This document shows positions 23,730-34,943 of a stretch of 56,404 bases of DNA, piece after piece. The position numbers and the translations under genes were made by a program. This DNA comes from Nemertoderma westbladi (taxonomy: Eukaryota > Animalia > Xenacoelomorpha). The stretch covers positions 1 through 56,404 of the forward strand of contig JAUCBJ010006963.1 of assembly GCA_032718475.1 (NCBI GenBank). The letters are read 5' to 3'. The number at the start of each line of letters is the position of its first letter. Positions within the stretch are counted from its first letter, which is position 1. Under the pieces are notes generated by a model, which searched no databases, was not told where the DNA came from, and saw nothing but the letters and a program-made list of their open reading frames with translations.

Positions 23730-26720
23730 TTAAGTTGGGGAGTCCCTAGATGTCGGTTGGATTAGGGAAGTGGTCGTGGGAAGAGTTTCTTGCCTTCCAT
23801 AGTTTCCGGAGAGCTCTCTGTCTCTTTCTAGTAAACATAAACGACCCACTGGGCGATTGAGCTGTTGAGTCTCAAAGACTATCCCTGGTTTCTTAAAGTT
23901 CCGCCGCATGACGACGAGCTCTACTGATCGCACCAAACCATCGCTCGAGATATAAGTCTCGATGATACGTCCCGTTTGCCATCGCTTACGTGGGAGATCG
24001 GGGTCCACAATAAGCACCATGTCTCCAGCGCTGACGTTTTCTTGCTGCGCAAACCACTTAGTTCGAAGTTGTAGAGTGGGCAGGTAATGTTTCTCGAAAT
24101 GGTCAGCGAAACGACGGGATAGCAACTGCATAAGTTGCCAGGTTCGACGGCAGTACTCGTCTCCGTCTGTGATCTCCGATCGTGGGAGCATGGCTACGGG
24201 TTTCTTCAGTAGAAAGTGCGCGGGTGTTAGCGCTTCCAGGGAATCAGGATTTGAAGAGACTGGCATAAGCGGTCTTTCGTTGAGATAGGCGGCGATTTCC
24301 TCCATTAACGTCCGCAATAGTTCGTCGGTGAGATAAGCGCGACAAGGCACAATAAAGTGGAACGCAGTCTTCACGCTCCTAATCAATCTCTCCCAACTTC
24401 CTCCCCACCAAGGGGCGTCGGCGGCGTTGAAGGTCCAGCTAGACGCTGTTATCCTTAGCTGATCGTCCACCTGTCTTTTATTCCAGTCCTTTACGTAAGC
24501 TTGAATTTCGTTGTTGGCGCCAATGAAGTTCGTTCCCTTATCCGATCTCATCGTGTTACTGGTTCCGAAGCGAGCGATCTGTCGTCGTAAACTCAACACG
24601 AAGCTGTTGGTGGATAGATCGTTTACCATATCGAGATGAATGGCTCTACAAGTCATACAAACGAAGATGACACACCATCTCTTGACTATAGTCCGGGCAC
24701 GATATACTTCAATAGGGCCAAATAAATCCACACCGGTATTAGTAAAGGGTGGTTCATAGAAGCTTACTCTTTCCCTAGGTAATTCTGCCTCTCGCTGCGT
24801 TAAAGGCCTACTGAATGCTTTCCTACAGGGTATGCAGTTCCTAAGAACTTGGTTCAGAGCCCTACGGGGTTTATAAAAATAGTAGCGAGTTCGAATTTCG
24901 CTCAGAACTCGTTCTCTACCAGCATGGTACAGTTTGCTATGAACATCTACAATTATCTTGATTTGTATGTCAAGATTTCTAATGAGGATGGGAAACTTAG
25001 TGTCAAAGGATAATGGGGCGTTGGTAAGCCGGCCTCCAACACGTATTAACCCATCTATCATGGTACTAGAGAAGCGATCCCTTAAGCGCATCTGTGGATT
25101 TCTTAACAACAGGAAATACTTATCGGAATCCTCATAGCATTGTAGGAGTCTCAGCATCTGTTTGTTGGTTTCATCATGCTCCTGGTAACTGATCTTCTCC
25201 TTTAGAAACCTGTCGGATACCTTGTATTGGGGAAGATCTTTAACAACATGGACTCGTGCAGATGTTGATGGAGCATCATCACTATGGGTCTTTGTCCCGG
25301 AGTAACGATGATGAAAACATCGTTTTAAATAGGTGACGGCTTTACAGAGCCGATTCCAGGAACTGTAGTGACGTATCGCTCTCTGCAAGAGAGGTGAGAG
25401 TCCTTGCGTGATATCTGGTATTCCAGATTTCCAATCCTTGTCACGGATTTCCAAGACTTCTTTCGTCGTGGCGGTGGGTTTCTGATCCAAAGCATCATCT
25501 CCGGAAGTAAATAATACAGATAGATCAACCGCAGGTTTAAACAACTTCGATTTACTCGCTCGAGTTTTGGGTTTAACTTTCTCCGCTCCCTTGGCCTGTC
25601 TGATCTCTGCTGTTGTGAGATGAGGAGGCCATTCTTCTTCTTCCCTGTAGAGAAAGTCGGGTCCTCCTAACCATTCGGGAGTATTTACCAATTCCTTTGG
25701 AGTCGCTCCTCGGGACGCGATGTCTGCTGGATTAATCGTTCCGGGGCAATGTCTCCATTGGTCCATCGTCGTGCGACTAAGTATGATGGCTACCCTGTTG
25801 GTAACGAAGACGCTGAACTGACAGACTTCATTGGTTATATACTCTAACACGAGTAAAGCGTCGGTCCAATAGACAGTTTTCTCTAATGGATAGTCAATCT
25901 GTTCGGTTACATTCCGGCCGATGGCTGTAGCGTATAGAGCCGCTTTTAACTCCGCTCGAGGAACTTTCAACTTGTTGTTGATTAATGCCTTAGAAGTAAC
26001 CAAGGCGACTTTGATTCCATCCGGAGTTTCCACTCTTAGGTAGGCTACTATACCGATTCCCATATCGCTGGCGTCTCCAAACACATGGAGTTGATAGGAA
26101 TACGTAGGGAGAACATGACCAAAATATGAACGGGAAATTATAAAATTCTCGATAGCTGGCAGAGAATCTTCCCATTTCATCCACTTCTTCAATAATTCTC
26201 CCTTAAGTGGATCGTCCCATGAGTGGTTTTCAAGCCACATTTGTTGTACCAAACTACGAGCAATCAATATAACTGGGCTAATAAATCCCAATGGATCGAA
26301 ATAAGTGCTCAGTATACTTAAGCAAATCCGTTTGGTTCGAACTGGATTATCTCGCTGTTTTAGCTGGAAAAACAAGATATCTCGCTCTGTGTCCCATTTC
26401 AAGCCGAGTGTCTTGGTTTCTGGCAGATCATCTTTGATCAAATCTAGATCTTTCGCCCCTCGATCTTCCGCAGGGATCGACTCCAGAAACTCACGGGAGT
26501 TGCTGGTGAATTTGGTTAATCGAAATCCACCTCTTTTTAAGCACTCTACCGTTCCCTTAGCGACCTCAATGGCTTCCTCAACTGATGGGAGGGACTTCAG
26601 ATTGTCGTCCATGTATATGTCTCTCTTGATGTTGTCGATCACTTCCTTAGAGAAGGCCTCTCGGTTGTCCTCTGCAGTGGTACGCACTACCGAACAGGCG
26701 TTGGAAGGGCTTGAGATTAT
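23730..26720 (-). pseudogene. pol: pol fragment (partial RT, RNase H, integrase)
   Basis: 985-aa ORF nearly identical to the C-terminus of the 2695-aa ORF; begins at an internal GTG, not an ATG. Confidence 0.9.
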
Positions 26721-27926
26721 TATTTATTAATTACTTCGGAAAGTACTGTACACTAAACCCTAAATTAGGTACGAGTACTTGTACAACAGATAATCAGTAG
26801 TTAAATATACTTGAACAGCTAAAAGAACCACGGCATCTGCTGGAGTGACCGATGCACAAAATCACCAGTCTTTACCTACGCCAAGCAGCCCGTGTAGTAC
26901 CGGGGTTAATTTAACTATAGCGGTATGTATAACAAACACAATTACTGTAGGAACAAACTTGGGGAATGAATGTTGCGAATAATCGCATAAACTCTGAATA
27001 ATAAATATTACGCTACGCGTACAAACTACTCAAACAAAATGCAGACCGAACACTGACAGACTACTATCAAGCCTAAACAAACTACGGTATATGCAGACTC
27101 CGAAATAATTAGGTAGTATGCGTTCTAACCCAGTAGTACGACTTATTCTTTAATTGGGGGTTTACCTTACAGCATTCGCTGCCCCTACTTCCTAACCGTT
27201 CTTTATCGGACAAGTGATCTACACACGCTGCAATCCGTTCAGACCTAATAACAGCCAGACAACTATCCAGCCTACAAATTATCTAAATAAAATTATACGC
27301 TACCCGTACAGACTTACACAAACAAAGTACAGACTAAACGATGGCAGACTACTCTCAAGCCTAAATAAACTACAGGACATGCAGACTCCGAAATGATTAG
27401 GGAGTATGCGTTCTAACCCAGTAGTACGACTTATTCTTTAATTGGGGGTTTACCTTACAGCATTCGCTGCCCCTACTTCCTAACCGTACTTAATCGGACA
27501 GGTGATCTACACACACTGCAATTCGTTCGGACCTAACAGCAATCAGACAACAGCTCAGCCTACAAATCGTCTGTACAATCTGATCAGGTTTACACGCCTT
27601 CTGTTCAATACTGGCCTACAAATAAATAAAACTTGACAGAAATAAGTAAACCATATAAAGGAATAAGGGGTGATCAATCCCTAATCCCTTCAACAGCCTA
27701 CCGGTATACAACAATCAAATCGAATAATACTAGTGTACTTATACGGAAGTACCGGTTAGGACAGCTAGGCCTACGGACCTACAGAAGTACCGGTTCTGGC
27801 AGTTGGGCCTACTGACCTACGGCAGTACCGGTTCTGGCGGTTGGGCCTACTGACCTACAGATGTACCGGTTCAGGTTTACCGGTTGACCGGTACTTTCAA
27901 CTTTATTGCTTACTGCAATAAAGAAG

Positions 27927-27940
27927 CATATATCCTTTAA
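27927..27940 (-). other. Non-canonical PBS of the outer copy, TTAAAGGATATATG (14/14 complementary to LTR motif 28713-28726)
   Basis: Direct sequence comparison. Confidence 0.7.
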
Positions 27941-29165
27941 TGTTCGCGCTTTCAGACCTTTGGCAGTTTAACCCGCCAAATTAAGATGTCTTCTAGATAT
28001 TAAATCGCTTTTTAGCCTATGACAAGTATTTGATTCACTACACTAGTCGAAACCAATCTGTGCGCGATCATTCACCCGCTGGATATTCCCGGGAGATTGG
28101 GTTCGACGGTTTAATTTTTATTGCTATGTAAGCCTAATGTATTATTCGACTGACAGTATTATATAATCTCTGACAATATTATTCACCTTCGGGAATATTA
28201 ACAGTTCCTTTAGGACGTGGCGCTTTATTTATATAAACAGAGTTATGACTTAAACTACTCACAACGATATGGCTTAATTATAATTCACATATATGGCGCA
28301 TTCTTTAGGAATTGCTTCTTTAACAGACTCACTCATACACAATGCTGCACAATACTGCACACTAATCTGCCAATCTTCACTGATTTTAGTCACATATAAA
28401 AGGAACACAGACTGACTCATGTAGGGTCTATCAAATAACATTAGATTCACTTCAAACCACTTTAACATAAGTCACAATCGTTATTGGTAACCTTTCTCTC
28501 TTACCTTCGGTATATCAAGAATATTGGGTTTTCGGGGTTATTTCTCGTTATTCCAATATAATAATTCATCAACAAATATAATGAATAACCGACAACAAAT
28601 AGCAGTATACAGTATCGATTGAGCAGGTAATTTTAGCAGTTTCAGCAGTTATTAAAAGCCGTGTGTCAGCAGTGATTACGAAATTGCAGTGATTCCGGTG
28701 ATATTCACAGAGTTAAAGGATATATGTCCTTATAATTAAACCTACTAGTGTTGAGCTAAAAAGCAGAAAGCACAAAACACTACAAAGCCGTTCTTTCGTG
28801 GCTTTGAAAAACTCGTGACTACTGCTCTATACGAGGATACCAACTACCCTTATTCCACGAAGCTCCCGTTCAACACAGAGAAAGAGCAGTGAGATAGGAA
28901 AATTTCAGTTCAGTAGCTCTGTGATAGGTCAAAATCAAGGCTAACTCAAATTCTATTGGGAGATACAAAAACAAGGCTATGACGCAACCTTCTCTAGGCT
29001 GGTTGGCCGATTAAACAGAGCCCAGATACCTGCGTACAGCAAATCAGCCAATAAGCTGGTAGCTTGCACTATTTTAACTATAGATCCCCTTTAGAGTATT
29101 CTAGCGACCGGGGGGGAACTGGCCAACAAGGCAAACGAATCAGTTATCCCACAAAAGCTTTTACA
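27941..29165 (-). repeat. Variant 5' LTR (1225 bp) with divergent U3-side half
   Basis: 27941-28672 is near-identical to the other LTRs; 28673-29151 is diverged; terminal CAAAAGCTTTTACA is shared. Confidence 0.9.
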
Positions 29166-30312
29166 GTTACCTATTTTATTTTGAAAAAATTAAGGTTCTG
29201 GAACAGCTATTTTTTGTTCTTTAACATTTATTAGATAAAAGCCTGGTTGGTATTTAAAAGGCATGGGCTGGTAAAAGCAAGGAAGTTAAATAATTTTTTG
29301 AAACATTTTGAAATTTTTTAATTAAATTATGATGATAGCTACTAATGTTAATGGTAGCTAGTAAATAATAAAAGCAACGATGAATGCAATTTGCACAATA
29401 AAAATAGTGGTCAATATTTTTTCAAATTTTCAATTTTATTTTTTCACTTAGCTAAAATAAAGTACTAGCTAACACAAAATCAAAATTACTAGTTACCATC
29501 TTAGTGTTAGAAGGTCAAATATAAATAATAAATTGGTCACAAAGTGGGTACCCAATACATAAAAATTTGAGACGTTTTCTACGCACAAAGTTGCACTAGC
29601 TAGCTTGTTTCCAGAGAATCATTAAAATGCTAAATACCGTAACGAACGAACGAACTCGAACGAACATAACAAACTCATAAAATTTTAATCCAAACCTTGT
29701 TTTTTTCTAAAAATATGTTACAGAATGAAAATATTTTTTCTAGAACATTATTTTTATAAACAAAGAGTAACATGTTCTAGAACATTTCTAAAAAAGAAAT
29801 TATCAATAATTAATTAGTATAAAAATTTTTCGAGGGGTGTACGCATATTGAACCAGTACCCATTACTCTGAGTGTGTGATATGGTTGCGTCGCAGGCTGA
29901 ACTTCAACTTACTGTGGTCCACTGCTTTGTTTGATTGATTTGCATTTAAAATGTTTACTAAAAAATTTTTTATATTCTTTTCTATTCTTATATTTTATTC
30001 TATTCTTTTTATATTCGAATATAATAAAATAAACTGAAATTAATTATTATTTATTAAGGAACAACATTTTAGTAAAACCTAAAAAATTTTTTACTAAAAA
30101 AATAAATTATATTAGGTCCTATAGTTTATGTTTTATGTATTTATTTTTCTGTAATTATTTATTTCTGTAATTCTCCAAAATCTGCCCTATTATGAAATTT
30201 AATCAATTATAAACAAAGAATACCACCATTTGGTCTGTCAATCAGTTAGCAAGCTTCGAGCAATTCTAACAGTAACAAACTTCTCGGTTTTTATTTCTAT
30301 TTATTTACTCAC

Positions 30313-30512
30313 GAGTAACGGCGGCAATGAGAATAAATTAACATCATCTGTACAGTTGATGTGGCTAATGTCCTCCCAGGAACCATTCGATTGGCACAAA
30401 CGCATGGCAACACCAGTACCATTCACCCCACACGGCATGTCCACCGTTCCGGGGTCGGAAATCGGCCAGCAGATTTGGTCCAGGAAGTCCCAGTCGGCAA
30501 AACAATGAATTT
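30313..30512 (-). CDS. Internal exon encoding the hormone-receptor motif (HRM) of a secretin-class/adhesion GPCR
   Basis: CFADWDFLDQICWP...G...PCG...GVAMRLCQSNGSW...INC fits the HRM Cys/Trp pattern. Acceptor ctctctcttccag, donor gtgagt; 200 nt, phase 1 to phase 0, no stops. Confidence 0.85.
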
Positions 30513-30726
30513 CTGGAAGAGAGAGTATAAAAATAATTTGCATAAGTTAACATGTTATTTTGTAATATGAATTTACAATATCGGTCAGTTTGTAAGGAAT
30601 TGTATGAATTTAGTATTAAACACATTTAATATAATTAATATAATATTATTATTATAATATTAATTAATTAATTAATTAATTATTATAATATTATTATAAT
30701 TGAAGCAGAAGCTTGAAAATCCAATA

Positions 30727-31188
30727 ATAAAGAGTTAATTGTATTTTATTTATTAATCAAGCACGTTAAGTAAAAACCTTACCGGTAGGTATGTCAGTGC
30801 CAAAGTATGTAAAAAACTAAAAGCAAAAACTTGCGCCAGTCACGTTTCTGCTTGTTTATAACCGGCTTGCGTGTTTGTGCGAGCGCAAGTTTATGGTGCT
30901 GCTTCCCAGTGGTTAGTTACAGTACAGACATCTATTCATTTCATTACCTGTCCCGTCCCCCTTTGGGAATCTCTCTCTACATATCCTGACTTGTCCTCCT
31001 GAGAATGCCTTCAGTTGCGGGGCGAAACCTACCGATCAGCTGGCTGCCGTCAGCTGATCGCTGATTGCATGCAACGTCTAGGTCTTCTAGCTTTTTAGTT
31101 TTTTACATACTTTGGCACTGACATACCTACCTGTAAGGTTTTTACTTAAAGTGCTTGATTAATAAATAAAATACAATTAACTCTTTAT
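30727..31188. mobile_element. ~460-bp element with ~97-bp inverted arms (MITE or Penelope-like inverted terminus)
   Basis: 30727-30823 is the reverse complement of ~31090-31188 with few mismatches. Confidence 0.7.
30999..31084 (+). ncRNA. Hammerhead-ribozyme-like motif, atypical and probably incomplete
   Basis: CTGAGAA-T-GCCTT..GGGGC-GAAA-CCTA...TAGG-TC gives core boxes with stems II and III. The core has A where canonical CUGANGA has G, and no stem I pairing is visible. Confidence 0.4.
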
Positions 31189-31290
31189 ATTTATTGTACA
31201 TGTAATTAATTATATTAATCGTATATTTATAGATTAAGACATTACCAAATAATATTAATGAATGCGATAATATTTTAGGCTCGTTAGGCC

Positions 31291-31925
31291 AAGGAATGCC
31301 TGTTCACCACCATCATGGGGGTGATCTTACACAGTAAACCCTTCCACTCTGTTTACTAAAGGAATGCCTGTTCACCACCATGGGTGATCTTCCACAGTAA
31401 ATCCGTCAACCGTTTCCTAAAGGAATGACAGTTCACCACCATGGATAATCTTCCACAGTAAACCCTTACACTCTGTTTCATAAAGGAATGCCTTTTCCCC
31501 ACCACGGGTGATCTTCCACAGTAAACATTTCCAATCTGTTTCCCAAAGGAATGCCTGTTCACCACCATGGGTGATCTTCCACAGTAAACTGTTCCACTCT
31601 GTTTCCCAAAGGAATGCCTGTTCACCACCATGGGTGATCTTCTTCAGTAAACTCTTCCACTCTGTTTCCCAAAGGAATGCCTGTTCACCACCATGGGTGA
31701 TCTTCCACAGTAAACTCTTCCACTCTGTTTCCCAAAGGAATGCCTGTTCACCACCACGGGTGATCTTCTTCAGTAAACTCTTCCACTCTGTTTCCCAAAG
31801 GAATGCCTTTTCATCACCATGGGTGATCTTCTTCAGTAAACTCTTCCACTCTGTTTCCCAAAGGAATGCCTGTTCACCACCATGGGTAATCTTCTACAGT
31901 AAACTCCTCCCACTCTGTTTCCAAA
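31291..31925. repeat. 63-bp minisatellite, about 10 copies
   Basis: AAAGGAATGCCTGTTCACCACCATGGGTGATCTTCCACAGTAAAC... at period 63 (31545, 31608, 31671); a solitary related copy at ~32093-32165. Confidence 0.9.
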
Positions 31926-32259
31926 GTTGCCTTGGTTACCATATAAATCATATTAATTATATAAATCATATTAATAACAAATGTATTAAACTCTATTCAT
32001 ATTTTTGACACTGCTATATTAAACTTTCTTAATCTCTGCATGTTACATTGCAGCTGTATTTTATATATTTATAATATTGATTGGGAGAATCTTTTAGGCT
32101 CGTTAAGCCAAGGAATGCCTGTTCACCACCATGGGTGATCTTCCACAGTAAATCCTTCCTCCCTTCCTTAATATTTATAATATTAAGAATACTATGACCG
32201 CTTATCAACAAAATTGCAGTATTCCCCATTACCCATCACTTTAGCTTGATTATCTGAAA

Positions 32260-32522
32260 CATCAAGGCCATTGTCCTTTAAGAGGCGTCTCAAGAAAGTC
32301 ATGTTTTGTTTTCCACCTAAAATGTTTTCTCCATTGTCTAGCTAAAGCACAGGATCATCAAATTGTGGCATCATTCAAGTGCCAAGCTTTGTGATAATAG
32401 AGGCACTGCCAGCCAAAGCTATATAGCGTCTGGTTGGAGATGTGTTCAATGTGCTTGTCACAATTAACCTGGTGTAGTATCCTTGTGTATGTGCAATCCA
32501 GAGATTTGATGCTATCAGCAGC
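32260..32522 (-). mobile_element. Degenerate RTE-clade LINE 3' fragment
   Basis: Similar to 45470-45800 (SLDCTYTRIL...HISNQTLY). Confidence 0.6.
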
Positions 32523-32525
32523 AGT

Positions 32526-32610
32526 TTAACCCGATTAGTACCGGGCTATAAAATATTGTACAAATACCGGTGGGGGGGGGGGGGGGGGGGGGGTCATATT
32601 GACCCTACCT
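32526..32610 (+). mobile_element. Possible piggyBac-type non-autonomous left terminus
   Basis: TTAA followed by CCCGATTAGTACCGGG and a G-run plus GGGTCATATTGACCC; no partner terminus found. Confidence 0.3.
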
Positions 32611-34369
32611 CTAAAATCTAATTATACGATTTTTTCCATTTCTGAACAAAACCATAATATTACACTTATACGATGCTATGAATTGACATTTTCTGGTTTC
32701 TGGGGCGCTGATTGTAATGGAATACATTTCTAATTTGTCAGATTATTTCAACTGGTATTTTTCTGCGCAATATGGCCAATTGCTGTGCTACCACCAAATT
32801 TCGTACCCATCATCAAAATGTACAAGTTTGAGATGTCTAGTGATGTTTTTATTGATTCCATCGAATTCAGGACCCGCATAAACCCGTATAACGCAAGAAA
32901 CAAGATAATACTATCTATTGATCAATTTGAATATTTTCAAAAATTTGGTGCTGGCACGAAAATCTTCACCCACCGACGAAAAATACAAGTAGAAAAAACT
33001 CTTATGCAATTTTTACTTATTCCATTGAATTCAGAACCCACACTTTGAAATTTCTAAATTAATTTAAATGAATTCCATCTAATTGCAAACACCAAAAAGC
33101 CGGGGGAAATCAAAAATGGAGATGTTACAAATCATATTTCATGAAATGTAATTTTCAAAAAACGTCTCACATTTTTGTCTTCTTGGAGTCAACAAAAATT
33201 CCAGCACTAGAAGTATAAAGCAGGACTATATAGACTCTTGCAAACATACAAGATAAGCTTTTCGTGGGATGAATTATTGAATTGTTAAACATTACAAGAC
33301 ATTGAACTTAATCTTACTGAGTTACAACAGAAACTAATCACAATTTTCGAGCCTTCCACATTGACATGGACTACCTGGACTACTATTGATCTAATCTGAC
33401 AACGATCCCACCCGCATCCCAGAGGACTACTTGTGTCACAGGCAACTTCATAAACCTACACTTTATCTAATTTACAGCGAGCAGCAACATAAAGTTATTG
33501 ATTTATTTTCATAAAATATTATATTTTGGCATTTCAAAAGGCATCCGTTAAAGGATGAAGAAATGGACCAGCTTATTATATTACACGAACATTGTCTGCT
33601 GAAACATTTATAATTAAAATTAAAATAGATTCTTCCATTGTGAAACAACTAAAACGAAAGCAAAATGACAAAATATCATGTAGTAGAGGACCTCTATAAT
33701 ACAGTATTATAATCTGAAATATTGAATTAAAATTAAAACACAAAATTATATTGCAGACATATGTATATAGTTGCATACATATGTACCTAACATAGACAAA
33801 CAAGTTAGTTTGCAGTATGAACGATTACTAATTTATTAGTTATGTATACTCCGCTTTAATAAACTAATAAACTAAAGAGGACACATACTGTACATGTGTA
33901 GACATGTACACTGTACGTACCGTACATGCGATATGTATGCTGTACAGGACATGTAGACAAGACATGTGCAATGTACGTACACGTTCGTGGGGCCTTCGCG
34001 CAGCACGAGGCCCAGTTATGAGATACAAATTAAAATTGTGCGACTGTATCACAAAATCAGGTTATGAGAGATTAACCCACACCACCAATTAATCAAAGAA
34101 AGGGGGAAAGTACGTGTTCACCCCTTTTAATATGCACCCCCCCCCCCCCTCCCTTCCCACCCACCAATACATAACCGCGACATCTACCACCCACGGAAGG
34201 GTAGCACGAACTTATTTCCAAACGCACGTTCAATATGCAAAGCCAGGTGGTTTATAGGAATATAATCAATGCAGTACTCGTCTTCATTATATGCCTCTTT
34301 GTGTTCGACCTGTTTTGTATTAAAATATATTTATTAAACGCAGGCTGACGCTCTTTATAATAATAATAC

Positions 34370-34710
34370 CTAGGGATGCCAGCTTCCAGACTTTCAATCT
34401 TTACTGCCGCGCAAACCCCGCAGAGGAAGTTTTGGTTTGAGAGATCAAGCCCATCGGCAATTGGTGTTTCAATTTCGGTCCAGGAACTCTGACAATGGGA
34501 GCATTCAATCTTAGCTGTGGTCCATTCCCGTGGTTTCGGCTTCCTTTTCTTCGTCCCAATGACAGATTCTTCTGAAGACGTTCGATTCGCTTTCAGTTTA
34601 TTGTTGGCGTTTGTGTTTTGAAGTTGTATTCGAGTGGACAGTCGCGCCGGTTTCGAGGTAACCATACCGACCTGTGATAAGCGTTGGTTTTGTTGAGTGC
34701 CGGTATTCAT
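34370..34710 (-). pseudogene. Fragment resembling the PHD-like zinc-finger N-terminus of a LINE ORF1
   Basis: IECSHCQSSW...FLCGVC after a basic low-complexity N-terminus; runs into AT-rich sequence after LEAGIPR. Confidence 0.4.
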
Positions 34711-34943
34711 CTTCTCTCACCTCTTCAATGTCAGATGTTGCAAATACTGATAACACGAATAACGGTATATATTTCAATACTTGTCAATAGTAATATATAT
34801 AATTTAGATAACTATTTTATATCTGTACTGTTGAGCAAACTCTACATAAATTCCAACCTGTGTATCGCCGGTAGTGCTGTTGCTGTTGAAGTGCTGAAGT
34901 GCTAGTTGCCACCGGTCAGCCGGTACCGGTAGTAGGGTGGTAC

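Larger units (their letters stand above)
19466..26720 (-). mobile_element. 5'-truncated BEL/Pao copy (3' LTR, 3' region, IN, RH and C-terminal half of RT)
   Basis: Direct repeat of 3503-10757 at offset 15963 with scattered SNPs; similarity ends at GAGATTAT (26720). Confidence 0.95.
26728..29165 (-). mobile_element. Outer BEL/Pao retrotransposon, right part (LTR-proximal leader and 5' LTR)
   Basis: Begins with the duplicated TAATTACTTCG; similar to 17027-18237 with SNPs and indels; followed by a variant LTR. Confidence 0.9.

Noticed and set aside
23730-26687. Stand-alone 985-aa pol gene
   Set aside because: Starts at an internal GTG within RT and lacks the N-terminal RT motifs; it is a truncation product.
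26700-26745. Third BEL copy as a spliced subgenomic (leader-to-pol) retrocopy
   Set aside because: The donor-like GTAATT is retained, there is 7 nt of filler and no AG-defined acceptor; the 11-bp duplication with 3187-3197 explains the junction better.
31291-31925. CRISPR-like array or repetitive 166-aa/91-aa proteins
   Set aside because: Units are contiguous near-identical 63-mers with no unique spacers and no cas genes in a eukaryotic context; the ORFs arise because the period is a multiple of three.
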